In this document: positions 35,857-48,660 of the stretch, one piece after another | How the letters are laid out: the number at the start of each line of letters is the position of its first letter | Numbering within the stretch: position 1 is the first letter of the stretch | Origin: Blepharisma stoltei ATCC 30299 | Lineage: Eukaryota; Protista; Ciliophora | Length of the DNA: 64,000 nt | NCBI GenBank assembly: GCA_965603825.1 | Contig: CBFDEM010000055.1 | Span: forward strand, 186,001-250,000 | Reading direction: 5' to 3' | Position numbers and translations under genes: made by a program | The notes under the pieces: model-generated | What the model was told of the DNA's origin: nothing | What the model saw: the letters and a program-made list of their open reading frames with translations, nothing else | Databases searched by the model: none

Positions 35857-36416
35857 TAAGATTATCCATTTACTCTAAGGTAATAAATTCTTAAATGGCT
35901 ATTGAAATTTTTATTTCAAAAATTAAACTTTAAAGTTTTGGTAAATGTATATATATTTAAAATTGAAATTTTGCTACTTATAAGGGGAAAATAATTTGAA
36001 TCAAGGAAAAACTAAAATTAGTTTAGATAATTAGCCTCAATAAGTATAAAGAGAGTATAGCTATTTAAAATCGAAATTCAAGGAATAAAGCTAATTATCT
36101 AAAGTTAGCGATAAATCAATGAAAATAAAATCTTGAGAAAATTGCTATAAAACTCCATAATATTGTCTGTAGAGTTTTAAAAAAATGTTTTTCTAAGCCT
36201 TAATGATGAAGAAATTGACCTTGAAATCAAATTTTCAATATTATTTAATAAATATGCTTTACAGTATTTTAAAGCAAATATAATGATATTGAATGAGTTC
36301 GTAGTCTAATCTTAAAAAAGAAGTAACAACAGCATATTATAATATTTCACCTATTTACCATATAATTTTTTCAAGCCTCTAATACAGAATAAAAATTAGC
36401 CAGTATATTTATATAC

Positions 36417-36791
36417 TTATAAGTTGCTGTTCTTTAACAGTCTTCTTAAATTGATAGCACTTTCATTCCTTCGATGTAACCTCACACCCAGTGGAATCGC
36501 AATTTCCTTTAAAATCCCAAAAGTTGGGGTGGTTTGCTCAGAATTTCTTCTTTTAAACTTATGCTGCAAAGGTAAAAGTGGGGGCAATCGCTTTGAATTC
36601 GATGGAGCAAATCGAAAATCCTGAAGCTCATTCGTTCCCAGGCTTAGTGCAAACGGAGTTCTCTGTTTATGAGTTATCAGCCTTGTGTTTTGGCTGCATT
36701 TAGATGGCTTTATCTTGATTTTATCTTTAAGTCCTTCCTCAAGACTTGGCTTAGAATAAAATAATTGGGGCAAGCTTGAATGTCTGTGCAT
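36417..36791 (-). CDS. Hypothetical basic protein (124 aa)
   Basis: ATG-TAA ORF with raised GC relative to flanks; no recognised motif. Confidence 0.65.
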   Translation of the reverse strand: MHRHSSLPQLFYSKPSLEEGLKDKIKIKPSKCSQNTRLITHKQRTPFALSLGTNELQDFRFAPSNSKRLPPLLPLQHKFKRRNSEQTTPTFGILKEIAIPLGVRLHRRNESAINLRRLLKNSNL

Positions 36792-37251
36792 AATTTATTT
36801 ATATAGAGATTGATTAAGGCAAATTTTAAGCAAATATAAAAAAGTGCAAAATGAGAGTGAAAGATAATTTACGGTTTAAAATATATAGATATAAATATTA
36901 GGTTTATAGGCATTTAATCATTTTAGAATTAGATTAATTATTATTTTAATGTTCATAGAGAAACCGTTTATTAAAGAATAGCTTTAATCATCTTTATATT
37001 GGCATTGTTTAATTGGTGATGGCAATTATCTCATGAGGAATGCATTGTTATCTTAACTATGATTTAATTGCCTTAATAATTTCTAATCATATAAAAATAG
37101 ACTATTTAACAGAATTTTAAATATTCTAATATCTGGTAGGTGTAGAAGAATTTTATGAATTAATAAGTATTTCAACGTAGAAGTTCTTTACTAAAGATTG
37201 GTAAATTTAGCTGGATACCTTAATTATAAAATTTCACTATTGATATATTTA

Positions 37252-38535
37252 ATGATTAATCTAAATTCCACAACGACTATCCAGCCAATGAATCTCAAAG
37301 AAGAAAGTTTTACAAATAAGCGCAATGACATGCAATCTCTTTGAAAATTTGTATCAGCTGAGACTAAAAAAATTTTAACGAGTCCTGTAACTGTAGCACT
37401 TTATCATTCAAAGTGGCACAAAAACGGGAAGATCCCTGCTTTATTTCCCGGAAATACAATGATTCCTGAGTGCTTACCAGAGTATTTATGCTGAACTTGG
37501 CCTCATGACCCTTCCAAAAATTTGATTTCATTAACAGATTTGCGATACAAGCATTCTCATGATGCTGGATTCTTCCAAGGATCGCATGCATTAGAAATCC
37601 TTTTAAAATACACATCACCTAGCTCTCCCATATCCCCATCACAGACTATTGCTTTTGTAGATGATTCTGATTACCTCTGCATTCTTTTTCATGATGAGCT
37701 TTCTTGCACTTCTTGGAAAAATTCACTTATTTCTTTAATAAATGCTTTAGAAACAAGTTTTACTGATACAGAAGAATTTAATTCAAATTCATTTACATTA
37801 CCTTTATTCCAAAATTTCGAAGAAAATTACGGGACTGTCTTTGACATTTCTGAGCCAAGTAATCCAATTGATATGTGAAGAGAAATAAAAACAACTTTCA
37901 TAAAAGCAGATTCTACCACGTCGACTGAAATATTAGTTTATGACAGAACACAAGCAGATTTATATGACTCAATTGAAGAAGTGCTAAAATGCATTTCTCC
38001 AAATGTCGATAGGATTAATTATGATGTTATTGAGTCATATTTATTAGACGTCACTAGGATGGAAAATTTCAATAAAATGAAGGAAAATGAAACCCTTAAA
38101 ATTTTTTCTGAAAAAGTCTATAGTTTTTATGATTTTGATAGAGATTATAATAGAAATTTAAGAGAAAAATATGCTGAAATAAACATTGAACAGATAGAAA
38201 ATGAAATTTTCAGGCAGAAAGAAGAGTATGAAAAAATGAAAAACAAGGATAGGCTAGGTGATGCATTGAATTTAATTTTTATGCAAAAACTTGCTTTAGG
38301 ATATGGCACATGTGAAAATGGAATTTTATCAAAAGTTTGGGCTTTGATGAAAAATAATACTGAATTCAATAAAGTAAAAAGAGTTTCGATCCAGCAGCTT
38401 GAAACAAAGCCAAGAAGAGAGTCTGGAATTTTATACAGTTCAGAGCCAAATGGAGATAATTTCCCTCAACTTTCAGAAAGGAAATTACCTGGAAAAGATA
38501 AAACATGTAACGTCTGTGATTGCTGTATTATATAA
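37252..38535 (+). CDS. Hypothetical protein (427 aa) with C-terminal CaaX box (CCII)
   Basis: Single frame from ATG 37252 via TGA; ends CNVCDCCII*. Confidence 0.78.
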
Positions 38536-38907
38536 TAAATTTTTAAAATTATTTCAAAAATTTCTTATGTAAGAAAAACGTATATTTTAAAACCCTAATA
38601 ATTCTATTTATAATCTTGGTGAAGCTTATAATATGGCATTATAATGGTGACTTTAAGAAGAGCACCTTTTTTACAAAAAAATAAAAGGTGCATTAAATTA
38701 GATGCCAGTATTCAATTGTAAACAATAGCATGCATTGCATAAATTCTCGGTCAAAAGTCTTTAATCAAAAAGCCTATTTTGATAAAATCGAAATTATATC
38801 CATTAAACAAGGTTTTGTCTGAAACCTTATAAAATTCATATAAGACTTTAAAACAAAAACGGAATCTAGCTATTGTAATAATTTTTTTCTTATTATGGCT
38901 AATAAAT

Positions 38908-39480
38908 ATGTCCATTTTTTTCAGTGATCAAGAAAAGCAACTGCTCCCGAAGCCTTTCCACCTGACTGCAGCCCAGCTATCACAAAATAACACTGAAGAT
39001 AAATATCAATGCCAAGATTGCTGTCTGAAATTCAGTACAGTTTTAGAATTAAATCTCCACAAAAATTCAGAAAAAATTACCAAGGAGATGATGCGAGCGA
39101 ACATGTCTTTTTTAAAAGAATATGAGATCAGCTTGCGCTATTATAATAGATCAAGCCAATTACTGATGAAATGGATGAAAACGGATAAAGTTGAAACCAA
39201 AGAGTTCAGCTGTACAATTTGTAGTAAAAAATTTACAACTTTTAAAGGACTTAAGCAGCATGTTGGGAAGATGCATGAAGGCTCCCCGAAAGAAATCAAA
39301 TGTGATTGCTGCAGTCGAAGCTTCAAGCACAAGTATGCATTAAAATTCCATATGGACCAAGTTCACCAAAAGGTGACAAGGGTCTCTTGTGAGCATTGTG
39401 AGAAGGAATTTTACAATAAATACCGGCTAGAAACTCATCAGAGATATTGCTTGATGGAAAGAGTAAACTCAGAAAATTAA
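38908..39480 (+). CDS. C2H2 zinc-finger protein
   Basis: CTICSKKF..LKQHVGKMH, CDCCSRSF..HMDQVH, CEHCEKEF..HQRYC. Confidence 0.9.
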   Translation: MSIFFSDQEKQLLPKPFHLTAAQLSQNNTEDKYQCQDCCLKFSTVLELNLHKNSEKITKEMMRANMSFLKEYEISLRYYNRSSQLLMKWMKTDKVETKEFSCTICSKKFTTFKGLKQHVGKMHEGSPKEIKCDCCSRSFKHKYALKFHMDQVHQKVTRVSCEHCEKEFYNKYRLETHQRYCLMERVNSEN

Positions 39481-39694
39481 GCAAAATTCTAAGCCTTAAA
39501 GTAAAAATAATGAAAGCATAGCTTTAACACAAATTTCTATATAAAATGGAATCTTTTTAAACACCAAGTAATAATAAAAAATAAGTTAAAAAGTAGATTT
39601 TTTTTATTTTGCATCTATAAAATCAATTAAAAAAAGTTTTATAAAAATATAAGAAAATCAATTTTTCTCGATTTTCATAATTTACATAGGTCAA

Positions 39695-40876
39695 ATGGAC
39701 CGAACAGATGACCCTTGCACAACTCCTAGAGACGGGAATAACCCTAATATTTATTCCCAAGAACTTTCAACAGGCCCATATTCATTATTAACTGGCTCTC
39801 CTTATGATCAAGCAGCTCCTCCTCCCACATATCTATCAATTAATTATTTAAACAGAGTTCGTCCTACAGATAAAGAATCTCAACTTCAAGGTTACGAATT
39901 TATTCCTGAAGGAGGTTTAAAATGCATAGACGAAAGAGTTTTATCAAATCAACGAGGAATCATTCTTGATGTAATTGCTCAGGTTTCTGCTTGCTTGATT
40001 AAAGGAAAAGGAGTTGTCGGATTAAGCTTACCTATAAGGCTTTTTGAGCCTCGCTCAACACTTGAAAGGATGCTTGACCGCTGGAGTTTTATGCCTGCAT
40101 TTTTCAATAATATAGCAGAACACAATCATTTAGAAAGGTTTAAAAGGGTCATCGCGATGGCTGTGGCTGGGCTTTATATCAGTCCATCCCAAGAAAAACC
40201 ATTTAATCCTTTATTAGGAGAAACCTTACAAGCAGAATGACCAGATGGGACCAAAGCTTATTGCGAGCATACAGTCCATCACCCACCAGTGACGAATTTT
40301 TATATACTTGGAAGAGAGTTCAAGATGTATGGACATTTAGAGCTGACTGGAAAATTCAAAAAAAATTCATTAGTAGGAGGATTGCAGGGAAAAGTCAATG
40401 TAGAGTTCAATGATGGACAAATTGTGACTTTTACGTACCCTCAGTTTAAAGCTGGAGGAATTATTATGGGAACCAGAACTGTGAATTGGGAAGAAACCAT
40501 GAGTTTTGAAGACAAACAAAATCAATTAAGTGCAAATTTAGTTTTTGGAGCGGCTAGGAAGAAAAGTTTATTTAAGAAAGCTATTGGTAAAGTGGATGAT
40601 TTTAAAGGAGAATTGCAACAAAATGGAGGCAAATTGTGCGATATTGAAGGGAATTGACTTAGCAATTTAGTTATTGATGGGGTAGAATATTGAAATATTA
40701 ATTTTCAACAGCCAGTATTTCATTATTTTTCAACTTATCCTTTGCCAAGTGATTGGAGATATAGGGAAGATTTAGTATGGCTTGCCAAAGGGAATTCAGA
40801 GATTTCACAGAAATGGAAGTTAAAAGTGGAAAATAAGCAAAGAGATGATAGGAAACTAAGAGGGCTTAAGCATTAA
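39695..40876 (+). CDS. Oxysterol-binding-protein-related (ORD-only) lipid transfer protein
   Basis: SLPIRLFEPRSTLER, KPFNPLLGET, EHTVHHPP, LPSDWRYREDL, KVENKQRDDRKLR. Confidence 0.93.
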
Positions 40877-41064
40877 ATATAATCACTTGCAGAAATCTTT
40901 AATTTTATTCTATTTTTAAAGAAAATAAAGTCTTAAATTAATAGCCTTTGCATTTTAATCAGTAATGGCATATTATTCATGTATTTATTGCTCACAAATT
41001 TACAAAGGAAAGAATCTAAAAATGAAATAATTAAGTTTATTCACAATAAACTAATTATTTTAAA

Positions 41065-41637
41065 TTATCCTTCACAATCTCCACAAACTATTCCTTCTTT
41101 CCACCCTATGCATTCTTTATGAAACAGCCTTTTACATTTCATACACTTTTCATAGTCTCTATCAGGGTTATAAATCTGATTGCAATTACAAACTTTCTTT
41201 CATTTTTGTACTGGAGGTTTCAATTCTTTAGTTTTAATGTTCCATTTTGCTCGAGTAAAAAATATATTGTCCCCCTCGGTATGGGACAAGTATTCGTCTA
41301 AGCTGAGTACTTTGGCTTTCCCATAGATAGCAGTGACATCAATATTTTGTATAAAATTTGAGTCAAATAATTCATTTTGACTGAACATTTCAGTATTTGA
41401 GTATATATCCTTTGGCTTGAAAAACCACCTGATTCTGGCTTGCGGGATTTGATCTTTGTTTTTGTTTCAGAGTATTTTTAATATTGTTGCATAAGAAGAG
41501 GAGTCAGAATTTTCCAATATTTGAGCTACGTCTCCTTTAGAGTAAAGATGATTCCACAAACGTAAGTTCGAATATTCTTGAATTTTCTGGATTTTGGGGG
41601 ACTTTGCCGAATTTTTCTTCTTTAGTCTTAGCTTCAT
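41065..41637 (-). CDS. BAH-PHD chromatin reader (EBS/SHL-like architecture, 190 aa)
   Basis: IRWFFKPKD..QNELFDS (BAH); CNCNQIYNPD..CMKC..FHKECIG..CGDC (PHD). Confidence 0.85.
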
Positions 41638-41699
41638 ATTTACTTAAAATTAAATCAGCTTAAACTAATCTTTCATTATAAAAGTATTCCTAAATAATT

Positions 41700-42419
41700 A
41701 TGATACACATTCGAAGGCTTTTCAGCTCTGCAGTTTTACCATGAAAATTCAGTAATTCTAAAGCATATGAATTACCTTTAGCTAATGGCGAATTAAACGT
41801 TGAATTGCTTAAAGAAAAAGACTCTTTCCTATATGTTTATGATGAAATTTTAAAATCATATGAAAATCAAGATATTGGATGGCTGGAAGATGTAATGGAG
41901 CCAAATCTTTTTAAAAAATTGCAAAGTGGAATGCAGGAAATAAAGGCGAATGAGAAGAAAATACAAATTATAAATGAAAAAGAGAGCACTGATGTGACTT
42001 ATCATAATGCAGTATGTTTGGTGGGGGTCAATATAGATAGATCGAAAAATAAGATTGAAACTAATCCAGTAGAGAATACATTCAATTATGGAAGAGTGCC
42101 AAACTTACTTTTATACGGCCCCGATGGCTCGATTATATTGAGAGTGAGTGCTCTTTATGCCTCTAAGAAAAAGTTAGCCCTTTTTGACAAAAGCAATAAT
42201 TTGATTGAGGGCGATAATAATGATGATATAGAGTATCATAAGTTTCAATTTGAGAAAATGGTACAGTATAAATTTATGATTCGTGATTTTCTAAAATTTA
42301 TCAATTGAAATATTCTTGAAGGGAAAGACCCATTCGAAGATTCAGAATGAATTATTACTGATATTGATGATTCTTTGGATGGGAATCCCATTCTAGTGAG
42401 TGCCAGGAAGAAGAGTTAA
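41700..42419 (+). CDS. Probable mitochondrial protein (239 aa), possibly Tim44-like fold
   Basis: MIHIRRLFSSA presequence-like start; single frame via TGA; EWIITDID near the C-terminus; fold call is weak. Confidence 0.7.
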
Positions 42420-42783
42420 CTTAGCCTTAAATTTATAGGAATTTTAAATTAGACTAAATAATGATAAAGAGCAACTACCTGCTAAGTGAAGAATAGCAGA
42501 ATAATAGCTTCCTTAAAAAACTACTTTAAATAAAAATTGCTTACATAACAGATATTTTAAATATAATTAAATTCTAAATTACGAAATCCTAATCCGAGAC
42601 TTGAATTTTGATCAAAAATAGCCTGCTTAAACCAAATTACTAAAAATCCTCCTCCTTTCTTTTTATAATGGAGAAATATGCCATATAAGTTCAAATTTAA
42701 TTTAAATTAATTTCTCTCAAAAACAATCCTAAGTCTCATTCTACTGAAATTTATTAATTTCCTGAAACCTCTTTAGATATAAA

Positions 42784-43704
42784 ATGGAAGATTTTGATAA
42801 GTTTGAAGAAAAACTTAAAAATCTGACGCTATTTCAGACACCCACAGAAGAAGAAATTAGAGACATTAGCAATAGAGCAAAGGAAATATTTCTGACAGAA
42901 GAAAATGTTCTTTCAGTCAAATGCCCAGTCACTATCTGTGGAGATATTCATGGCCAATTCATGGATCTTATACAGCTATTTGAAATCGGAGGAAACCCAC
43001 CTGATATTAATTATTTATTTTTAGGTGATTTTGTGGATCGCGGGTATGACTCAGTGGAGACTTTTACTTATTTATTATGCTTAAAAATCAGATACCCTAA
43101 GCGTGTATTTTTAACTAGAGGGAACCATGAAAGTGAGCAAATAACCCTGACCTATGGGTTTTATGATGAATGCATGAGAAAATACGGGTCAGCAAAAGTA
43201 TGAAATATACTTACTGATTTATTTAATTATATTCCATTAGCTGCTTTAGTAGATAATCAAATATTTTGTGTCCATGGAGGATTATCTCCAGACATAAAGC
43301 AAATTCAACAAATAAGAGAGTTAGACAGATTCAAAGATATCACACAAGATCAAGTCATGTCTGATTTGTTATGGTCAGATCCAGATGACAGACAAGGGTG
43401 AGGTGCTTCACCCAGAGGGCTTGGTCAAACCTTTGGACAGGATATTTCTTTACAGTTTAATCACACAAATAATTTATCACTCATTTCTAGAGCCCATCAA
43501 TTAGTGATGGAAGGGTACAATTGATGCCATGACCATAATGTTGTCACAGTTTTTTCTGCGCCAAATTATTGTTATCGATGTGGAAATCAAGGGTCTATTA
43601 TGGTCATAGACGAAAATCTAAAATATATCTTTTTGCAGTATAACCCTGCTCCTAGAAACTCATCCCCAATAGTCACAAGAAGAACTACAGACTATTTTTT
43701 GTAA
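42784..43704 (+). CDS. PP2A-family Ser/Thr phosphatase catalytic subunit (306 aa)
   Basis: [29 protein letters not shown]-terminal TRRTTDYFL. Confidence 0.96.
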
Positions 43705-43843
43705 TTTTTTAGAATTAGATGAACAAATAGCAATAAAGGAGAATTAGATAATTTAAAGGACAATTGCTATAATTCCTTATTTAGTTTAACTTATAAAAAT
43801 TCTAGCCACTTACTCAGTAAGCCTGCTGGGCAAAAATAACAAT

Positions 43844-44386
43844 ATGTCAAAAGATACAATAATGAATAAAAGGCAAAATTCTCAGCAGTCACTTATGATT
43901 TACACCAATAGATTTGACAGCAAAGCTACCTATTCAGAAATCCTTGGTGACCTCCAGCAGATGACTGACTCTGATATAAAATTCATCTTTTCCAAGAAGC
44001 CCCGAAGCTCTCCATTTTCACCTTCAGAGCCTCCAAAGCGCCAAAAACTCAAAAAAGGAGCGAAGATAAGCAATTTTGCTTCCAAAATCCCTGAAGACGC
44101 TTCAGCGATTCTTGGATTTGCTTCTTTTTTGACTGAGTCTGAAGCTCAATGCAAAGCAATATCTTTTGGCAAGCTTCCTCCCAACCCCCGCAGAAGCAGC
44201 TCAAGACTTCCATTATCAAGAAAAGTGTCTCAAAGAACAGTCCCTCCCCCTTCCCAGCAAAATGGGAAATGTAAATCACGTGTAACCCCTAAGCGTCTTG
44301 CAGTATCAAATTCAGAAAAATTCCCAAGATCAGCTTCTCACCTTGCTATGGCGTATTTCATTAAGGAGTTTGAGCAAACCGCTTAG
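43844..44386 (+). CDS. Hypothetical S/P/K/R-rich protein (180 aa)
   Basis: ATG-TAG ORF with coding-like composition. Confidence 0.7.
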   Translation: MSKDTIMNKRQNSQQSLMIYTNRFDSKATYSEILGDLQQMTDSDIKFIFSKKPRSSPFSPSEPPKRQKLKKGAKISNFASKIPEDASAILGFASFLTESEAQCKAISFGKLPPNPRRSSSRLPLSRKVSQRTVPPPSQQNGKCKSRVTPKRLAVSNSEKFPRSASHLAMAYFIKEFEQTA

Positions 44387-44518
44387 GTTGTTAATATAAC
44401 TAATTTTTTCAGTTTTTAAAATTTAGGAGAGTTTAAATATAATCAGCTTTTAATTGTTAGCTAATTGATATTTATTAGCTTATTAGTGGGATATTGGGTT
44501 TATTAAGAAATAAACAAG

Positions 44519-46126
44519 CTAATTATCTCGGGTCTACATAGATTTTACTTGAGCACAGATATGATTCAACTTCTGGGCATGCTCAATGTTGTGTGTTTGA
44601 GTTGTGCATTCTCTGCCATATCAACAATTTTTCTTTTGAAGTATCGAAACTGGCAGCCTATCTTTAGGAATCTTCTCTCTAAACCTATAAATTAACTCGC
44701 ATCATACCAACTTTGAGCATTTTTTGCAAACAAGTGAATTTCTATTCAAAATAGTATTTTTTCCATCTATATAAATTTTACCTAGTTTCATATTTCATCT
44801 TTCAATTTCCATAGCTTGTATCATCTCATTTGCAATATCCACAAATTTAATTTGATAATTATTTATATAATCAGCCAAAATAGTTTGCTCTATTGGATTT
44901 TCCTTCATAGATTCTTTAGGAATTTTATTGAAAAACCTTACATTATTGATAATTTCATTTAATCCATCAATACACCCTAGCCCATTTTTTCAATATTTAT
45001 TACAATAGTGTGTTCCACAAATAGCACAATCTTGATTCGTTCCAGCTCTTTGAGGCATATATCTATGACAATTCTTGCATTGTATATGATTTTGGTTCCT
45101 TGGGCATTGAAATCCATCAATTAGATTTTCACATTGCAAACAATCAGTTTTTTCATAATTATTTCTATTAACTTGTGCAGGTCTCCTTCTATTAGGCCCA
45201 ATCCCTCTTTTAATTTCATAAGGATTTGGCAGTCTTTGAGGGGATTTTACTTCTTTTTCTTTTATGTCTCAGTCATCATCACTTTCTTCATCTATCACAT
45301 AATCTCCTGGATTAAACATCATAAATTCTTCTCCATCCTCGATATCATTTTCATTTGCAAGTTTTATATCAACCCCTAATTTAACTGTATCTCTATTAAA
45401 CTTGTTTCTTGATTTCAGATCTTTTAGTTCTTCTTCATCTCTTCTAGCATCTGGATTTTCCTTTAAATAGGTAGCAATTAACTCAGTCAAAAAATTATTT
45501 TTTCTTACCTCTTCTGATTTTACCCTGCAATTTGGGCATTTAAATGACTGAGTTGTCCAGCCTGATAAGCATCCTCCACAAAAGTTGTGTAAACATGGAA
45601 ATAATGTGACTGGCTGATACATTATTCCCATACAAATTTGGCATTTAAACTGTTCTTCTAAAGATGTGCTTGTTTTTTTAGATTTATTTGAAAAATTCTC
45701 GTCATTTTCATGTGGGCGCTTTTCTGTTGGTTTTTGGAAAACAAATTCGATTTTTTTATCTGGGCCAACTTGTTTTTCTCGAAGAATTGTTAAAATATCA
45801 CCAAATTGAGCAGTCGAAATTTTTCCTTTGCCGATCTAGGTAATTGTTACAGTGTTATTATTAATAAAAGTGCTATTTGATGAAAAATCTTCAACTAAAA
45901 ATTCAATTTCATCTTTGGAATCTATAATTGTTATCATGCAATGTATTTTGCTGCATTTACTATCATTTAGTTTTATAGTTGAGTTTGGGCTTCTTCCAAT
46001 TATTATTTGTTTTTCATCTTCTTTTATTTCATAATTTTCTGCAGTCTTTTCATTATTGCTCACTAGTATAGCTACAATTTTCCCACTTTTATTCTGAGAA
46101 CTATTGTTTTCTGTATGATTTTCCAT
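44519..46126 (-). CDS. CHFR: CHFR-like E3 ligase (FHA-RING-Cys-rich-PBZ), paralog 2; introns at 45836-45850, 44767-44781, 44534-44548
   Basis: IGRSP..CSKIHC..DFSSNSTF (FHA); CQIC..PCLHNFCGGC..CPNC (RING); CWYGRECTTQTHNIEHAQKLNHICAQTR (PBZ). Confidence 0.88.
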
Positions 46127-46182
46127 ATATAAACTTTGACTTAATTTAGACCCATTTATAATTCTAGTTACTTATAAAAAAT

Positions 46183-47712
46183 TTACTTAGGCTGTAATCG
46201 AGTCTAAATAGAGCTTACTGGTGGGCAAATATGATTTAGTTTTTGTGCGTGGACAATGTTATGTATTTGTGTCCTGCATTCTCTGCCATACCAGCAGTCT
46301 TGTCTTTGTCCTACTATTGCTGGCAGTTCATTGGGTGGGATTTTTTCTCTATATTTATATAATAATTCGTTCCAAACTGATAAAGCGCACTCAGGGCATA
46401 CCAAGCTGTTTTTATGCAGCATGACTTGATTTCCATCTACATTAATCTTACTTAAATTCATGTTCCACTGGTTTTGTTCCATTGCTGTCAACATTTCATT
46501 TGCCACCCTTTGGAAATTTATTCTTTTAGCCCTTAAATAGTCTCCTAATACAGTTTGCTCAAACTTGTTCTCATTAATTGCTTTTGGAGGGATCGCTGTA
46601 AATGTTGTCGGTGTATAAGTCTCTATTGCTCCAAGTCCATTTCTGCATTTTGCTCCACTTTGCCAATATAAATTACAAAAGTATTTCTTGCAGACCTCAC
46701 AGCTTTGTCTATTATTAGGCCTTAATGGCATATATTGATGACATGTGGAACATTGCACATGAGCTTGGTTGGCTTGGCATTGAAAATTATCGACCCGCCT
46801 TTGGCATTGTCTGCATATATTTTGGCGGATATTCTGTGCTTGGGCTACTGCAAGTGGTCTTGTTCCTCCTTGGATTCCTTTACCCCTACCTCTGCCTCTA
46901 GCAGGTGTTGTAGGAGTCTTTTTTTCTTCTTCTTCGCCGGATGAAGCACTTCCGTCTGAATTAAATCCGTCTTTAGCTAGTTTAACTCTATCAGCTTTAA
47001 ACTCATTATGCTCATCTAGATCTTTTAATTCTTCTGCTGGCCGTTGTGCATCTGGATGCTCTTTTAAAAAAATATCGATCAAATTGACCAAAAAGTGATT
47101 TTTCTTGACTTCCTTAGCTTTGGTACGACAATTAGGGCACTCAAGAGACCGCTGCTTTCAGTCTGAAAAACAGCCACCACAGTAGTTGTGTAGACAAGGG
47201 AATAAAGTGACAGGCTGATACATTACTTCCATACATATTAAGCATTTTATTTCTTCTTCTAGCTTTGAGTCCATGTTTGATTTCTTGTTGGATTTGTCTT
47301 CTTCAGGCTCACGCGCTCTTTTCTGAGTTGGTTTCTGTATCACAAATTCGATTTTGTCGTCTGGACCTACCTGTGCCTCTCTAAGAATAGTCAAAATGTC
47401 GCCAAAAGCAGCTTTTGAGGACTTTCCTCTGCCAATTAGATTTCCATTAATAAAAGTTCCGTTTGATGAAGTGTCCTCGATCAAAAATTCATAGTCGTCA
47501 TTTGCTTTTACAATAGTTATTGTGCAGTGTCTGCCACTACATTTAACATCTCGCAAAATAATGGTTGATCCTGGAGCTCTACCAAATGTAACACTTGTAG
47601 TTGATGGTCGAATATCATAGGTTTGAGCTGTTTTCTCATTGCTAGATACTAATTTTGCGACTATTTCTTCAGAGTCACCGTTTGCGGTATTAGGAGGAAG
47701 CTGGTTTGCCAT
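46183..47712 (-). CDS. CHFR: CHFR-like E3 ligase (FHA-RING-Cys-rich-PBZ), paralog 1; introns at 46437-46451, 46204-46218
   Basis: FGR..CSGRHC..DTSSNGTF; CLIC..PCLHNYCGGC..CPNC; CWYGRECRTQIHNIVHAQKLNHICPPTR. Confidence 0.9.
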
Positions 47713-48009
47713 ATTCTAATCTTTTCTGAATTTGAACCATTTAAGTGCGATAAGAAATTTGGTATGTTTATATGGAATTTTAAGCTTTTTAGTGTGAAAT
47801 ATGAAACTTATATAGCATGGATAAATTTAATGATAAAATAAAATTATTTTCTTTCTTGATAAACTTCCTGGATAAAAAACAATTAATTTTTGACTTAAAA
47901 TAGAGAAAATAGATGCCTTAATTATCTGAAATGGTAAAGTTTGTGTCATTAGTCGTGTAGAAAACTTAAATGAATTAGGATTGTTATTTATTATTGCAGG
48001 TTAATTAAT

Positions 48010-48615
48010 ATGTCAAATGTCGCTGATCTGCATCGTTACTTAAAAGAAACACGCGAAAACAGAAAACAGCTTATTGCGTTAGCTAAAAAATATATTAAAT
48101 CCGAAGACAAAAAGCTAAAGAAAAACAGCCCAAAAAATCGTCAAATCAGCTGCAAAAATTGTCTTTTCCCACAACTTAACAGATTTAATAATCAAGAAAT
48201 AAAACTCGTAGAATGCCCAATAATAGCTTTAGTTTCAAAGCCAATAGCTCCTTTAAGTCACAGAATTCGTAGAGAAAAATCATTTCTTACACCTAATTTG
48301 AAAGAAAAATATGAAGTAATGGATTATGTATATTCCAAAAGAATTAATCGACCCAGCCCTAGTCGCTCTTTTCAAATTCTCGAAAGCAGAAATAAAAATA
48401 TTGGTGATCATAAAAGATTTGCTAGAAATAGATCAAGTGAACCTAATGTGAAAATATATCACAACTCCCGTTCACATAGATCTACAACCCCTGATTTTGA
48501 TGATAACTTGAAAAATAAAAAATCAGATCCATTTCTGTGGATTCAAAGAAGAAGAATGCTTTTAAAAGAAAAACTTTTGATTAAATCACCAACAAGTTTA
48601 TCCTGTATAAATTAA
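48010..48615 (+). CDS. Hypothetical basic protein (201 aa)
   Basis: ATG-TAA ORF; no recognised motif. Confidence 0.7.
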   Translation: MSNVADLHRYLKETRENRKQLIALAKKYIKSEDKKLKKNSPKNRQISCKNCLFPQLNRFNNQEIKLVECPIIALVSKPIAPLSHRIRREKSFLTPNLKEKYEVMDYVYSKRINRPSPSRSFQILESRNKNIGDHKRFARNRSSEPNVKIYHNSRSHRSTTPDFDDNLKNKKSDPFLWIQRRRMLLKEKLLIKSPTSLSCIN

Positions 48616-48660
48616 ATTTTTGATATAATATGGCTTATTTCACAATATTCTGTTTTACAC

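Noticed and set aside
38662-38691. Inverted repeat GCACCTTTT...AAAAGGTGC
   Set aside because: Single 9-bp stem with no TSD or second copy; not enough for a MITE or regulatory call
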